A DNA stretch of 64,000 bases from Candidatus Aenigmatarchaeota archaeon (GTDB taxonomy: Archaea; Aenigmatarchaeota; Aenigmatarchaeia; PWEA01). Below the pieces are notes generated by a model, which was given only the letters and a program-made list of their open reading frames with translations, did not search any database and had not been told where the DNA came from. The stretch is taken from positions 25,352 to 89,351 of the forward strand of contig JBKHHD010000004.1 of the NCBI GenBank assembly GCA_046539325.1, written 5' to 3'. Below, piece by piece: positions 10,029-19,043 of this stretch; position 1 is the stretch's first letter, and each line of letters starts with the position of its first letter. The translations under genes and the position numbers were made by a program.

Positions 10029-11036
10029 ATGATAGAGATAGACGGAAGTTACGGCGAAGGCGGAGGACAGATAGTTAGGACATCCACGGCACTGTCGGCT
10101 CTTGCCGGTAAGAATATAGTTGTAAAGAATATAAGATCAAATAGATCTACGCCTGGCCTGAGACCACAACACGTAAAGGGTGTAGAAACCTTAGCTGAGT
10201 TCTGTGAAGCTGAAACAAGCGGTGTGGAAGTGGGCAGCAAGAAAATTACGTTTGAGCCTGGGGAAGTTAGAGCAAAGGACCTGGAGGTTGACATCGGAAC
10301 GGCGGGCTCCGTGGCACTTCTTCTTCAGTCCATAATGCCTGCTTTGATGCAATGCGAGAAGAAAGTTGAGGTAAAGCTTAAAGGGGGTACAAACGTTAAG
10401 TGGAGTCCACCTATCGACTACCTTAAACATGTCTTACTTCCTATACTTCGAGACCACGGTTACGAAGCTTACGTGGAGGTTGAGAAACGTGGATTCTATC
10501 CTAAAGGTGGCGGTGAAGTTACTTTTAAGTTCCATGGATCTGATTTGGAAGAATTCAATCTAACAGAAAGGGGTGGAAGCAAGAACATAGAAGGCGTATC
10601 TTACGCTTCTGAACACCTGAAGGATGCAAACGTAGCCGAAAGACAAGCCGAGGCTGCACGTAAACATCTATGGGAAGAGTTCGAACTGACACCAGAGATA
10701 AGAGAAGAGCACTGCGACTCCCGATCACCTGGTTCAGGCGTTCAGCTGTGGTTAAAAACCGAGAACTCCGTCATCGGAGGAAACGCCCTCGGTGAAAAAG
10801 GCAAGCCTTCAGAAAAAGTAGGCAAGGAGGCTGCCAAGGACCTTATAAATAACTCAAAGGGTGCAGTGGATAGGTATGCTGGTGACCAGCTGCTGCCCTT
10901 TCTTATGGTTTCAAGTGGGAGAATAAAGCCTGCCCAAATTACTAAGCATTGTAAGACAAACCAAAGGATAATAGAAAAGTTTTTCGACTCTGGTTTTGAA
11001 TTATCACGAAGAACTAAAGAGATTAAGATTCTTTAA
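10029..11036 (+). CDS. rtcA: RNA 3'-terminal phosphate cyclase
   Basis: DGSYGEGGGQ, PGLRPQH, TAGS, GGTNV, RGFYPKGGG, DQL, catalytic His in TKH. Confidence 0.95.
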   Translation: MIEIDGSYGEGGGQIVRTSTALSALAGKNIVVKNIRSNRSTPGLRPQHVKGVETLAEFCEAETSGVEVGSKKITFEPGEVRAKDLEVDIGTAGSVALLLQSIMPALMQCEKKVEVKLKGGTNVKWSPPIDYLKHVLLPILRDHGYEAYVEVEKRGFYPKGGGEVTFKFHGSDLEEFNLTERGGSKNIEGVSYASEHLKDANVAERQAEAARKHLWEEFELTPEIREEHCDSRSPGSGVQLWLKTENSVIGGNALGEKGKPSEKVGKEAAKDLINNSKGAVDRYAGDQLLPFLMVSSGRIKPAQITKHCKTNQRIIEKFFDSGFELSRRTKEIKIL

Positions 11037-11409
11037 ATGTTTCCGGCGTAGTGTTGAATACCAGATTTCCTTCCTCCAATATTTCCTTTATGTAGTTGTC
11101 ATACTTGGATATGATTGCGTACCCTTCGGAGAAATGTTCATCTTCTTTTCTAGGAACATTTTCCGGGTCTCTTATTTTTCTTTGGGGGGTTTTATTAAAC
11201 CAACATCCCTTGCCTCCTGAGTTTCTTGGTGTATATACAACATTTATGGGTGGTTCAAGATCAAACTCTTCAAGTCTATCTCTGTTTATTGCTATTTCGT
11301 ACCAGTCTAATTCCTCGCTTATGTCACAAATTCCAGTTTCGTAAAGATTTTGGGCTATTTTTTGTAATCTTCCACTACAGAAAGGGAGGTTCTTTTTCCA
11401 TGAGTACAT
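11023..11409 (-). CDS. hypothetical protein
   Basis: 128-aa ORF converging on rtcA. Confidence 0.5.
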   Translation of the reverse strand: MYSWKKNLPFCSGRLQKIAQNLYETGICDISEELDWYEIAINRDRLEEFDLEPPINVVYTPRNSGGKGCWFNKTPQRKIRDPENVPRKEDEHFSEGYAIISKYDNYIKEILEEGNLVFNTTPETFKES

Positions 11410-11448
11410 ACAGTAATTATGTGAAGAAATAAATAAAAAGTTGGGAGG

Positions 11449-11880
11449 TCACTGGACCTCTATTTCTTCCTCTTCTGTCTTCTTCTTTTCCTTCTTCGGC
11501 AATGTGATCTCAAGGACTCCTTCTTCCATTTCCGCCTCTGCTTTTTCGGATTCGACCTCTTCCGGAAGCGTTATAGTTCTCTTCATCCCTGATCTCTTTC
11601 GCTCCCTTCGGTAGTAGTTCTCTTTCTGTACTTGCCTTTCGCCTTCTTCCTTGCAGGAAATCATCAGCTGGTTCTCTCTGGCCTTCACTGCGACGTTCTC
11701 CTTGTCCACACCGGGTAGGTCGGCCTTGACCACTATGTTTCCATTTTCTTCGCGGACGTCAACAGGGAAGCCTCTCATGGTTCCTGCGGCCCTTGGCCCT
11801 CTCTGCCAGAAGTCCTTCACAAGCTTGTTCATCCTTTCCTGCATGTCTTCGATTTCCTTAAACGGATCTTTAACGGGCAT
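11449..11880 (-). CDS. small heat shock protein Hsp20
   Basis: PVDV, ADLPGV, RRER, RTITLP, GVLEITLPK; SD GGAGGTGA before ATG 11880. Confidence 0.95.
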   Translation of the reverse strand: MPVKDPFKEIEDMQERMNKLVKDFWQRGPRAAGTMRGFPVDVREENGNIVVKADLPGVDKENVAVKARENQLMISCKEEGERQVQKENYYRRERKRSGMKRTITLPEEVESEKAEAEMEEGVLEITLPKKEKKKTEEEEIEVQ

Positions 11881-11987
11881 ATAAATCACCTCCATAGTTT
11901 TTTGTTTACGGTGGTTTTTGTGTTTACATAAATTAAAATAAGATCTATTTAAAGGTTACCCAGAACCCAGTAACTCATCAAAACAGA

Positions 11988-12542
11988 CTAGAAGAGGTCC
12001 TTCCACCAGCGTTTCTCTTTGTCTTTGATCCTCCCCAACATCTCCTTCGCGGTCTCAGTTTCCAGCTGTCCGTCGATAGTTTCTATCCAGAACTCGGCAC
12101 CTTCATTGCCGTCTTTGACGTACTCCTTGGCCTGGATCGCACATTCGATGAGGTCCGCGTCCCTTGCGACGATGGCTTCCTCGCTATCTCCGTGGTTGAA
12201 GCCTTCCAGAATTTCTCTGTATTCCTCTCCATACTTTCCAGGTATTTTCTTGCTTTGGTCCTCGATTGCCTTGTCCTCTGCCCTATCTTTGCCGTGATAG
12301 ACCATTTCGACCTTCTCCAGATCACCTATCCTTGTTTCGGGTACATCATGGAACAGAAGCATCTTGACCACTTCGTTTTCGTCCACTCCTTCTTCTCTCG
12401 CAAGGAAGTAACCGACTACGGTGGCTCTGAATGAATGCTCCGCGACGCTTTCGGGGTCCGGGACAGAAATCCTGTGCCACCCCGACCTGCTTTCCTTCTT
12501 AAGTTCCCCGACTTCGAACAGGAAATCCACTAGATCCTTCAT
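11988..12542 (-). CDS. HD-domain hydrolase (YfbR/HDDC2-like 5'-deoxynucleotidase)
   Basis: RSGW, ESVAEHSF, HDVPETRIGD, DADLIE. Confidence 0.9.
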   Translation of the reverse strand: MKDLVDFLFEVGELKKESRSGWHRISVPDPESVAEHSFRATVVGYFLAREEGVDENEVVKMLLFHDVPETRIGDLEKVEMVYHGKDRAEDKAIEDQSKKIPGKYGEEYREILEGFNHGDSEEAIVARDADLIECAIQAKEYVKDGNEGAEFWIETIDGQLETETAKEMLGRIKDKEKRWWKDLF

Positions 12543-12639
12543 GCTACTACAGTTTCCAATGGAGTTTAATAAATGTTTCTTCCTGCCAGCCGATAAGTTT
12601 TTAAATTATACATTTGAAGGATTAGGTGGGGTGTTTCGT

Positions 12640-13125
12640 TTGGTAGAAAGGCCTGTTTCAGTGGCTATTTCCGCTCTAGTGGACGGAGACAAGATACTCC
12701 TCATAAACCGTGAGCGAGGCGACTACACCGGACTGTGGGGTCTTCCCGGCGGCAAGATCGAAGGGGACGAACATATACACCAGGCGGCCGAGAGGGAGAT
12801 TCAGGAAGAAACAGGCATCGACGCCGACTTCGAGGAACATCTGGCCATCGTCTCGGAACACCTAAAGGAGGACGGTGAAATACTGAAGCACCTGATTCTC
12901 CATATCTGCGAGCTAGAACCTCTTCATACCGACTTTTCCACAACGGAGGAGGGAGATCTAAAGTGGTTCGACCTGGAAGAGATAGAGTCCCAGAGAGAAA
13001 ACCTTATACCGAGCGACTATTTCTTTATAGAGAGGTTCGTCAAGGGCGATGAGGACGGATGCTTCAAGTGCGGTATCCTTAAAGACGGCAGTGAGCATAC
13101 CCTGGAGAAGTTCGAGAAGGTATGA
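12640..13125 (+). CDS. NUDIX hydrolase
   Basis: Nudix box PGGKIEGDEHIHQAAEREIQEETGI; TTG 12640 or GTG 12631 start chosen to avoid overlap. Confidence 0.9.
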   Translation: MVERPVSVAISALVDGDKILLINRERGDYTGLWGLPGGKIEGDEHIHQAAEREIQEETGIDADFEEHLAIVSEHLKEDGEILKHLILHICELEPLHTDFSTTEEGDLKWFDLEEIESQRENLIPSDYFFIERFVKGDEDGCFKCGILKDGSEHTLEKFEKV

Positions 13126-13635
13126 TTACCTCATTTTCTTGTAGTAGTACAGGAGAAGGACGGCAACTACAGCGAACAGAATAACAGCTGCCGCTAGATG
13201 TATGTTTCCACTTGTAGCTTCAGCCGTTGTCTCTGCGACACCCGTTGCTTCTTCGGTCATCGTTCCAGGATCCGCTGATTCTTTCATTTGATAACCCGTT
13301 TCAAAGTAGGAGTACAGCTGCTGGATCCCTATAACTCCGGCAACTGCAGACGAAGCGAAAAGCAAGACCTGTTTAACTCTGTTTCCGACGACGTCCTTGC
13401 CTTTCTTCGTGAGCTCGTAGTAGACCCATTTCTTCCCTTCTTCGTCCAGCTTGTTTACAAACTTGGCGTCGAGAAGCTTGTTCAGGTGTTCGTGGACCGT
13501 TGACTTCGAGAGATCGAGTTTCCTGGAGAGTTCTGTAACTGTCATATTTCTCTCGTCTAACAGCTTGATTATCTCCTTTCTTGTATCCGAAGAAAGCACC
13601 TTTGCTGTCTCCTCGTTCAGTCTCAGGTTTGTCAT
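13126..13635 (-). CDS. ArsR-type wHTH regulator with two C-terminal transmembrane helices
   Basis: KVLSSDTR..I..LL, TVTELS, STVHEHL, YYELT, then two hydrophobic segments. Confidence 0.85.
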   Translation of the reverse strand: MTNLRLNEETAKVLSSDTRKEIIKLLDERNMTVTELSRKLDLSKSTVHEHLNKLLDAKFVNKLDEEGKKWVYYELTKKGKDVVGNRVKQVLLFASSAVAGVIGIQQLYSYFETGYQMKESADPGTMTEEATGVAETTAEATSGNIHLAAAVILFAVVAVLLLYYYKKMR

Positions 13636-13675
13636 AGGTTTAAACAGTGATCGAGAAAATTTAAATGTTTCAAAA

Positions 13676-13697
13676 ACGTTCGGTCCAAACCGAACGT
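13676..13697. promoter_or_regulatory. perfect inverted repeat, candidate operator
   Basis: ACGTTCGGT-ccaa-ACCGAACGT between two divergent TATA-like boxes. Confidence 0.65.
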
Positions 13698-13743
13698 ATT
13701 CGTAACCGTTTTATATGAGGGAAGAGTATAGATACTTGATAAA

Positions 13744-14238
13744 ATGAAAAGAGATAAAACAGCAGTCATGATCGCGTTCTTAGTAATTTCGACCGCTTTA
13801 ATGGGCTTCGTAGCCGCAGCCGAGGATTCTGGATACAATGCAGACGTGGAAGTATTAAACTCGGACTGTTCTTCAACTCCAAACAGAACAGAAATTACAG
13901 AAAGAAATTCCACGGAAAACGGAGTAGTTTTCCACGGAGTTTTCCAGACACCGAATCCCTGTCACACTGTCAACGTTTCTAGTCTGGAAAAGGATGGTGA
14001 AACGTACACTCTCGACCTGACTGCAAATTCAGAGGAAGGGATGTGCGTACAGTGTGTAGGAGCCGTGACCTACGAAGTGAACTTCACAGCGGAAGAGTCC
14101 GGGGAACTTGAAGTTATGCACGATGGCAAGAGAGTGGATACCATAGAGTTCGAGGTAGAAGGAACAAATACCGGAACCAGCGGAAAGAACCTTTTTGAAG
14201 TGGCTTCTGACTGGTTCAGTTCTGTCTTTGGATTCTAA
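13744..14238 (+). CDS. secreted protein (Cys pairs, N-glycosylation sequons)
   Basis: Signal peptide ending AAA; TPNPC and CVQCVG; NRT/NST/NVS/NFT sequons. Confidence 0.75.
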   Translation: MKRDKTAVMIAFLVISTALMGFVAAAEDSGYNADVEVLNSDCSSTPNRTEITERNSTENGVVFHGVFQTPNPCHTVNVSSLEKDGETYTLDLTANSEEGMCVQCVGAVTYEVNFTAEESGELEVMHDGKRVDTIEFEVEGTNTGTSGKNLFEVASDWFSSVFGF

Positions 14239-14265
14239 AACCCCCGATTCCTTGTTTTTATTTTT
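14239..14265 (+). terminator. oligo-T terminator (AACCCC...T-tract)
   Basis: Directly after the stop; motif recurs at 15030, 17375 and 19045 (minus strand). Confidence 0.5.
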
Positions 14266-14322
14266 CCAATCTAATGAGTTTTAAATTTCTTTACGTCTAA
14301 TGTATGGTGTGTGGGAGAACTT

Positions 14323-14415
14323 ATGTTCGACACGGAAAGATGTGTTTACATTGAGGAAGTCGACGATGCCTGGAAAGAAGACTATGAGGAACTGAGAGAT
14401 CAAGGTAGAATTTGA
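14323..14415 (+). CDS. small acidic peptide (30 aa)
   Basis: MFDTERCVYIEEVDDAWKEDYEELRDQGRI*, TATA-like TTTAAA upstream; below the ORF-track cutoff. Confidence 0.4.
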   Translation: MFDTERCVYIEEVDDAWKEDYEELRDQGRI

Positions 14416-14417
14416 TC

Positions 14418-14681
14418 TCAGTCCTCCGTAACGTAGACCAGGAACTTGCCCTCGGGCGGGGCCGAGACCTCCAGTTTTAGGTCCTTAATGAGTCTGTAGT
14501 ATCTCCTCCTTCCTTCTTTGTAGCTTTCTATAATACCTCCCCCCTCTAGTTTTTCCAGGTGATGTTTCGTCCTCTTTCCGTCCATGTCGGTCAGTTCCAT
14601 AAGTTCCGAGACGTACCTATCTTCCCGACTCAGATGTTTCAGTATCTCCAACCTTTTCTTGGATCCTATTATCTCCAACAT
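14418..14681 (-). CDS. ArsR family transcriptional regulator
   Basis: KRLEILKHL, YVSEL, HHLEKLE..GII, GRRRYY. Confidence 0.88.
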   Translation of the reverse strand: MLEIIGSKKRLEILKHLSREDRYVSELMELTDMDGKRTKHHLEKLEGGGIIESYKEGRRRYYRLIKDLKLEVSAPPEGKFLVYVTED

Positions 14682-14743
14682 ATATGTATAAAATTACTAA
14701 AAACATTTATATATTTTACCTGTAAGTAGAAGAATGTGATATA

Positions 14744-15022
14744 ATGGAAATTTCAGACAACAAATCCGAAGGCAGAAAAAACATCGAGGGCAACTTCAAC
14801 AAGGAGTTCTACATGGGAAGAGAAGAACTCAGTGATTTTCTCAAGAACCTGGCAGATGAAATAGAGCAGGGAAATGAACTGGAGATAAAGACTGACGAGT
14901 GGGTCCTTCCCTTCAAGTTCAGGGACAACGTAGAAGTAGAAATAGACAAGGATTACGAGGAGCTGGAGATAGAGCTGGAGTTCGAAGAGTTCGAGAAGAA
15001 GGAGAACGTCACAGTAGGCTAA
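14744..15022 (+). CDS. amphi-Trp domain protein
   Basis: REELSDFLKNLADEIE...VEVEID...ELEIELEF pattern. Confidence 0.7.
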   Translation: MEISDNKSEGRKNIEGNFNKEFYMGREELSDFLKNLADEIEQGNELEIKTDEWVLPFKFRDNVEVEIDKDYEELEIELEFEEFEKKENVTVG

Positions 15023-15029
15023 TGCCCTC

Positions 15030-15050
15030 AACCCCTTATTTTTTATTTTA
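15030..15050 (+). terminator. oligo-T terminator
   Basis: AACCCCTTATTTTTTATTTTA after the stop. Confidence 0.5.
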
Positions 15051-15084
15051 TACCTTGGATACCGTACTTTTGTGAGGTGAAAGG

Positions 15085-15581
15085 ATGAAAGATATGTGGA
15101 GAGAAGTCCCAGCCGGTGAAGACGTACCAAAGGTTGTAAACGCAGTTGTGGAAATCCCCGAAGGATCCAAGAACAAGTACGAATACAGCAAGGAGTACGG
15201 AGGCTTCAAGCTGGACCGTGTACTACACTCCACGGTTTTCTACCCAGGAGACTATGGCTTCATACCCCAAACACTTTACGATGACGGAGATCCACTGGAT
15301 GTTCTTGTTTTGGTAAACGAGCCTACTTTCCCAGGATGTGTGATACCTGTCAAGCCCGTTGCTCTGGTAGAGATGAAGGACGGTGAGGAAAGCGACGACA
15401 AGGTCCTGGCGGTTCCCGTAAACGATCCCAACTTTCAGGAAATGGAAACAAAAGAGGACATACCTTCCCACCGTCTGAAGGAGACGAGCACACGGAGGTA
15501 CTTGGTTGGGGAACAAAGGAGGAAGCATACGAAGCTATCGAGAACTCCTTTGAGAAGTTCAAGGAAGGAGAGAATTCGTAA
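15085..15581 (+). pseudogene. ppa: inorganic pyrophosphatase with internal deletion and frameshift
   Basis: EIPEGSKNKYE, YGFIP, DGDPLD, DDKVLAV intact; at about 15483 the FFxxYK segment is absent and the native-looking tail (EVLGWGTKEEAYEAIE..., TAA 15579-15581) is in another frame. Confidence 0.8.
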
Positions 15582-15625
15582 CCGGTGTTCGAAAAGTTAA
15601 ATAAATTCAAGTCAAACAGTGCTAT

Positions 15626-16519
15626 ATGAAGCGCCTGATAGCCCTGGTTGCACTTATTTGGATCTTTTCAGTTCCAGGAGCTGTCGCCGCGGAGAGCCAT
15701 GATATCACATTTGAAGTTAAGGATGGGTCTGTCGAAGTAGGTGAGGAACTAGTACTTGGCAACGATACAGAAGAGCTGAGATTCTTTGTACCAGGTGACA
15801 CCTACAACATCCGCACACGGATAGATGGCGATCCTACGACCTTCGACCTTGTGGATGAAGACAACAAGAGAATAATGGTCTTGGACATCGAAGAGAGCGC
15901 GGAAACAGCTTCCCTCGAGTACGAATCCTCTGAGCCTGTCGATGAAGGGAGCCCATCTTACTTCGTATACGGCTTTCGTACCGATAGGCGAACAGAAAAT
16001 GTCGATATAAAGCTGGTACTTCCAGAAGGGGCTGTTCTGTCCGGATCTCTTGACTCTACTACGCCGCCTGTAAACCCGCAGCCTGAAGAGGTCACTACAA
16101 CAGGTAAAAGGCTTGTGATCAGGTGGCATGAAGAAGACTTCGAACCTGAAGACACCTTCTCTATGTTCGTTTCGTACGAGGAGGACAGTTTCAACTGGTT
16201 GTATCTCCTTCCGTTGCTCGCTCTGGGCGTCATTGCAGCCTTGTTTTTCTACTACAGAAAAAAGCGTGTAGAGGAAGTACTGGACTCGTTTTCACATCTC
16301 TTGGACAAAGAGAAGAAGATCGTCGAGGAGCTGGCCAAGGCCGATGAAAACACATTATGGCAGAAGCAACTTCAGCACAGAACGGGTTTCACCAAGTCCA
16401 AACTCAGCCGTACGGTACGGAATCTCGAGGAAAGAAACGTCTTGGAGAAGATACCCCACGGAACCTCAAACAAGGTGAGACTGATCTTAGAGGGCGGCTC
16501 AGACGAAAAGGAGGACTAA
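15626..16519 (+). CDS. membrane-anchored transcription factor (signal peptide, extracellular domain, TM helix, MarR-like wHTH; COG2512-like)
   Basis: Signal peptide; TM WLYLLPLLALGVIAALFFYY; QKQL...FTKSKLSRTVRNLEERN...G..NKV. Confidence 0.8.
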   Translation: MKRLIALVALIWIFSVPGAVAAESHDITFEVKDGSVEVGEELVLGNDTEELRFFVPGDTYNIRTRIDGDPTTFDLVDEDNKRIMVLDIEESAETASLEYESSEPVDEGSPSYFVYGFRTDRRTENVDIKLVLPEGAVLSGSLDSTTPPVNPQPEEVTTTGKRLVIRWHEEDFEPEDTFSMFVSYEEDSFNWLYLLPLLALGVIAALFFYYRKKRVEEVLDSFSHLLDKEKKIVEELAKADENTLWQKQLQHRTGFTKSKLSRTVRNLEERNVLEKIPHGTSNKVRLILEGGSDEKED

Positions 16520-16526
16520 TTCTCTT

Positions 16527-16556
16527 ACTTGTTGCGACTTGTTTCGCGCCGTTTCG
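16527..16556 (+). promoter_or_regulatory. three 10-bp-phased direct repeats, candidate activator site
   Basis: GTTGCG (16531), GTTTCG (16541), GTTTCG (16551). Confidence 0.45.
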
Positions 16557-16611
16557 GCCAACCTTCAAGGGGTAAAGACTACAAGTTAATGGTACGTGGA
16601 GGTGTTAAATT

Positions 16612-17367
16612 ATGAAAAAGATTGCAAAGGTTCTGACAGCTTTGGTAGCATCAGTCCTGATCTTCTCACCACTGGCTGCTGCACAGCCCCAGCTTCCTGA
16701 TCCAGGAATTACACCGGATAGTCCCTTTTACGGTTTGGACAAGGCCTTCGATAGGTTTCAGTCCAGTGAAGCCGTAGCGGACGAAAGAGTAGCTGAGATC
16801 AAGGCCATGGCCGAGGAAGACAAGACGGAAGCCATGGAAAAGGCCGTTGAAGGATACGAAGGAGGGATGCAGAGGTCAGAAAGAGAAGCAGGCAACGATA
16901 CCAACAGATTAGAAGAGAAAGCAAGACAGGCAAGCAACCACATGGCTCACCTGGCTAACGTCAGCGAAAGAGTTCCTGAACAGGCTAGACAGGGGATTGA
17001 GAGAGCTATGGAAGACGGTGCACGTTCCAGGGAAAGATCCGTAGAGGGCATCAACAGAACAGATCCAGAAAGAGCTAGGAATGTAGCAGAAGCCACACTG
17101 GAGGAAGTAATGGCCAACACGCCTGAACAGGCAAGAAAGGGTCTTGAGACAGCTCTGGACAACGTCAGAAGAGAAAGAGGTGGAAAGCGTATAGGTCCAC
17201 CTTCCAACGCCAGCGAAAGAGGTCCTGAAGGGAGAATTCCCGACGAAGAAGAGAGAGGTGAAAACGGACCCGAGAACGGTGGTCCGGATAACGTGACCGA
17301 AGAGACAGAAGCAGGAGAAGAAGCTGAAAACGGATCCGAAGACGAAGAACCCCAGTCGCCTGTATAG
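16612..17367 (+). CDS. secreted helical protein, DUF5667-like
   Basis: Signal peptide, PGITPDSPFYGLD motif, repeated PEQAR-GI/LE helices, acidic tail. Confidence 0.7.
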   Translation: MKKIAKVLTALVASVLIFSPLAAAQPQLPDPGITPDSPFYGLDKAFDRFQSSEAVADERVAEIKAMAEEDKTEAMEKAVEGYEGGMQRSEREAGNDTNRLEEKARQASNHMAHLANVSERVPEQARQGIERAMEDGARSRERSVEGINRTDPERARNVAEATLEEVMANTPEQARKGLETALDNVRRERGGKRIGPPSNASERGPEGRIPDEEERGENGPENGGPDNVTEETEAGEEAENGSEDEEPQSPV

Positions 17368-17374
17368 GCGGTCC

Positions 17375-17400
17375 AACCCTTATTTTTTCTTTATTTCTTC
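17375..17400 (+). terminator. oligo-T terminator
   Basis: AACCCTTATTTTTTCTTTATTTC after the stop. Confidence 0.5.
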
Positions 17401-17455
17401 AGTATACTTCTTTTACGAATTAAAACTTTTTAATACAGCTTCCAATAACTAGCCT

Positions 17456-17653
17456 ATGAAAGACAGGATAGGTGAGCTTGCCGGGAAAATCTATCATTTT
17501 TTGGAGAGTAACGGAGAAGCCAGCATGAGCCAGATAGCGAAGAACATAGATGGTCCAAAATCTAAGACGAATATGGCAATAGGTTGGTTGGCAAGGGAAG
17601 ATAAACTCGAGTTCTTCAAGAAGGGCAATGGAACCGGTATAAGGCTCAAGTAG
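17456..17653 (+). CDS. small winged-helix protein (DUF2582-like)
   Basis: IGELAGKIYHFL...MAIGWLAREDKL signature. Confidence 0.85.
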   Translation: MKDRIGELAGKIYHFLESNGEASMSQIAKNIDGPKSKTNMAIGWLAREDKLEFFKKGNGTGIRLK

Positions 17654-17709
17654 GTCTTAGACTGAAACACATCTCTTCCAGTTACATACATAACAGCTAA
17701 AGGAGTTTT

Positions 17710-19023
17710 ATGTTAAAGAGAGAGACTTGGGATACAAGGATAGGTTTCATACTAGCGGCCGTGGGGAGCGCAGTTGGCCTCGGAAACATATGGCGCTTTC
17801 CCTTTCGTGCAGGCCAGGCCGGCGGAGCAGCCTTCGTGATAATATACCTTGCCTTCGTATTTCTGATAGGACTTCCTTCCTTACTTGTGGAGTTCGTGAT
17901 AGGTCGCAGAGCGAAGAAAGACGTCGTAGACGCCTTCGATGAAATAGGTTACGGAAAGTGGAAGTTTGTAGGGATTATCGGTGCGGTCACAGGCTTCATA
18001 ATAACAGCTTACTACAGCGTCGTGAGCGGATGGGTTCTGAGGTATATCGGTGCGAGCGCGACAGGAAGCTACTTTGCCGACGTATCCGGCTACTTTGAAA
18101 CTATCTCCACCGGAACAGGAGCTTTACTGTTCCACCTTGTTTTCATGGGTATAATCGCCGGAATCGATTCCCTCGGTGTGAAGAAGGGTATAGAAAAGAC
18201 TGTCAAGTTCATGGTCCCTGCGATAGCTTTCCTCTTCGGAATTCTTGGTATCTATGCATTCACTCTGGAAGGCTCGGGTGCTGGCTACTCCTTCTACCTT
18301 TCCCCAGACTTCGCGTACATAGCCGAGAACTGGTTTTCGATACTGTCCGAAGCTGCTGGACAGGCCTTCTTTACACTGTCCCTGGGAATGGGTGCTCTGG
18401 TGACCTACGCCTCGTATCTACACGGGGAGAAAAATATGTTCGAGGACGCCGCATCCATAGTTGGCTTCGACACATTAATAGCTGTAATCGGAGGCTTCGT
18501 AGTTTTCCCACTTCTCTTCGCTGCAGGGATAAGACCCGCCGAACCAGGTGCCGGGGCACTTTTCATCGGAGTCAGTGAAGCGATCGCGCAGATACCCGGA
18601 GGCCGTGCCATAGGCTTCATGCTCTTTTTCGCAGTCTTCATAGCAGCGCTTTCCAGCGCAGTGAGTATCCTGGAGGTTATAGTTTCCTACGCAGTCGACC
18701 ACCTCGGCATAAGGAGAAAGGTGGCTTCACCACTGGTCGCAACCCTGATATTTCTGGCCGGTGTTCCTGTTGCACTCCGAGGATCGTTGCTGGGAGTGTA
18801 CGACCATTTCGCCTCGAAAGTCCTACTTCCCCTTGGCATGTTCCTCCTAGTGTTGTTCGTGGGATGGTTTTTCAAGGAATCAGGGGATGAACTCTCAAAG
18901 GGAATAGAATCAAAAAAGTGGGTAAAGGTATGGCTCTGGTACGTACGGATCCCGATCCTCCTGGTCACGGCCTTCGTTCTAGTCATAAACGTACTCGATT
19001 ACCTCGGAGTTCTGGTCTTATAG
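17710..19023 (+). CDS. sodium-dependent transporter, NSS/SNF family
   Basis: RETW, GSAVGLGNIWRFP, GGAAF, QAFFTLSLG, TYASY. Confidence 0.95.
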   Translation: MLKRETWDTRIGFILAAVGSAVGLGNIWRFPFRAGQAGGAAFVIIYLAFVFLIGLPSLLVEFVIGRRAKKDVVDAFDEIGYGKWKFVGIIGAVTGFIITAYYSVVSGWVLRYIGASATGSYFADVSGYFETISTGTGALLFHLVFMGIIAGIDSLGVKKGIEKTVKFMVPAIAFLFGILGIYAFTLEGSGAGYSFYLSPDFAYIAENWFSILSEAAGQAFFTLSLGMGALVTYASYLHGEKNMFEDAASIVGFDTLIAVIGGFVVFPLLFAAGIRPAEPGAGALFIGVSEAIAQIPGGRAIGFMLFFAVFIAALSSAVSILEVIVSYAVDHLGIRRKVASPLVATLIFLAGVPVALRGSLLGVYDHFASKVLLPLGMFLLVLFVGWFFKESGDELSKGIESKKWVKVWLWYVRIPILLVTAFVLVINVLDYLGVLVL

Positions 19024-19043
19024 ATAAAAATAAAGAAAGGGGG

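Noticed and set aside
12421-12639. N-terminal extensions in the ORF track (also at 33149, 36892, 53628, 59192, 59286, 63533)
   Set aside because: They overlap neighbouring genes or promoters; family motifs start at downstream codons
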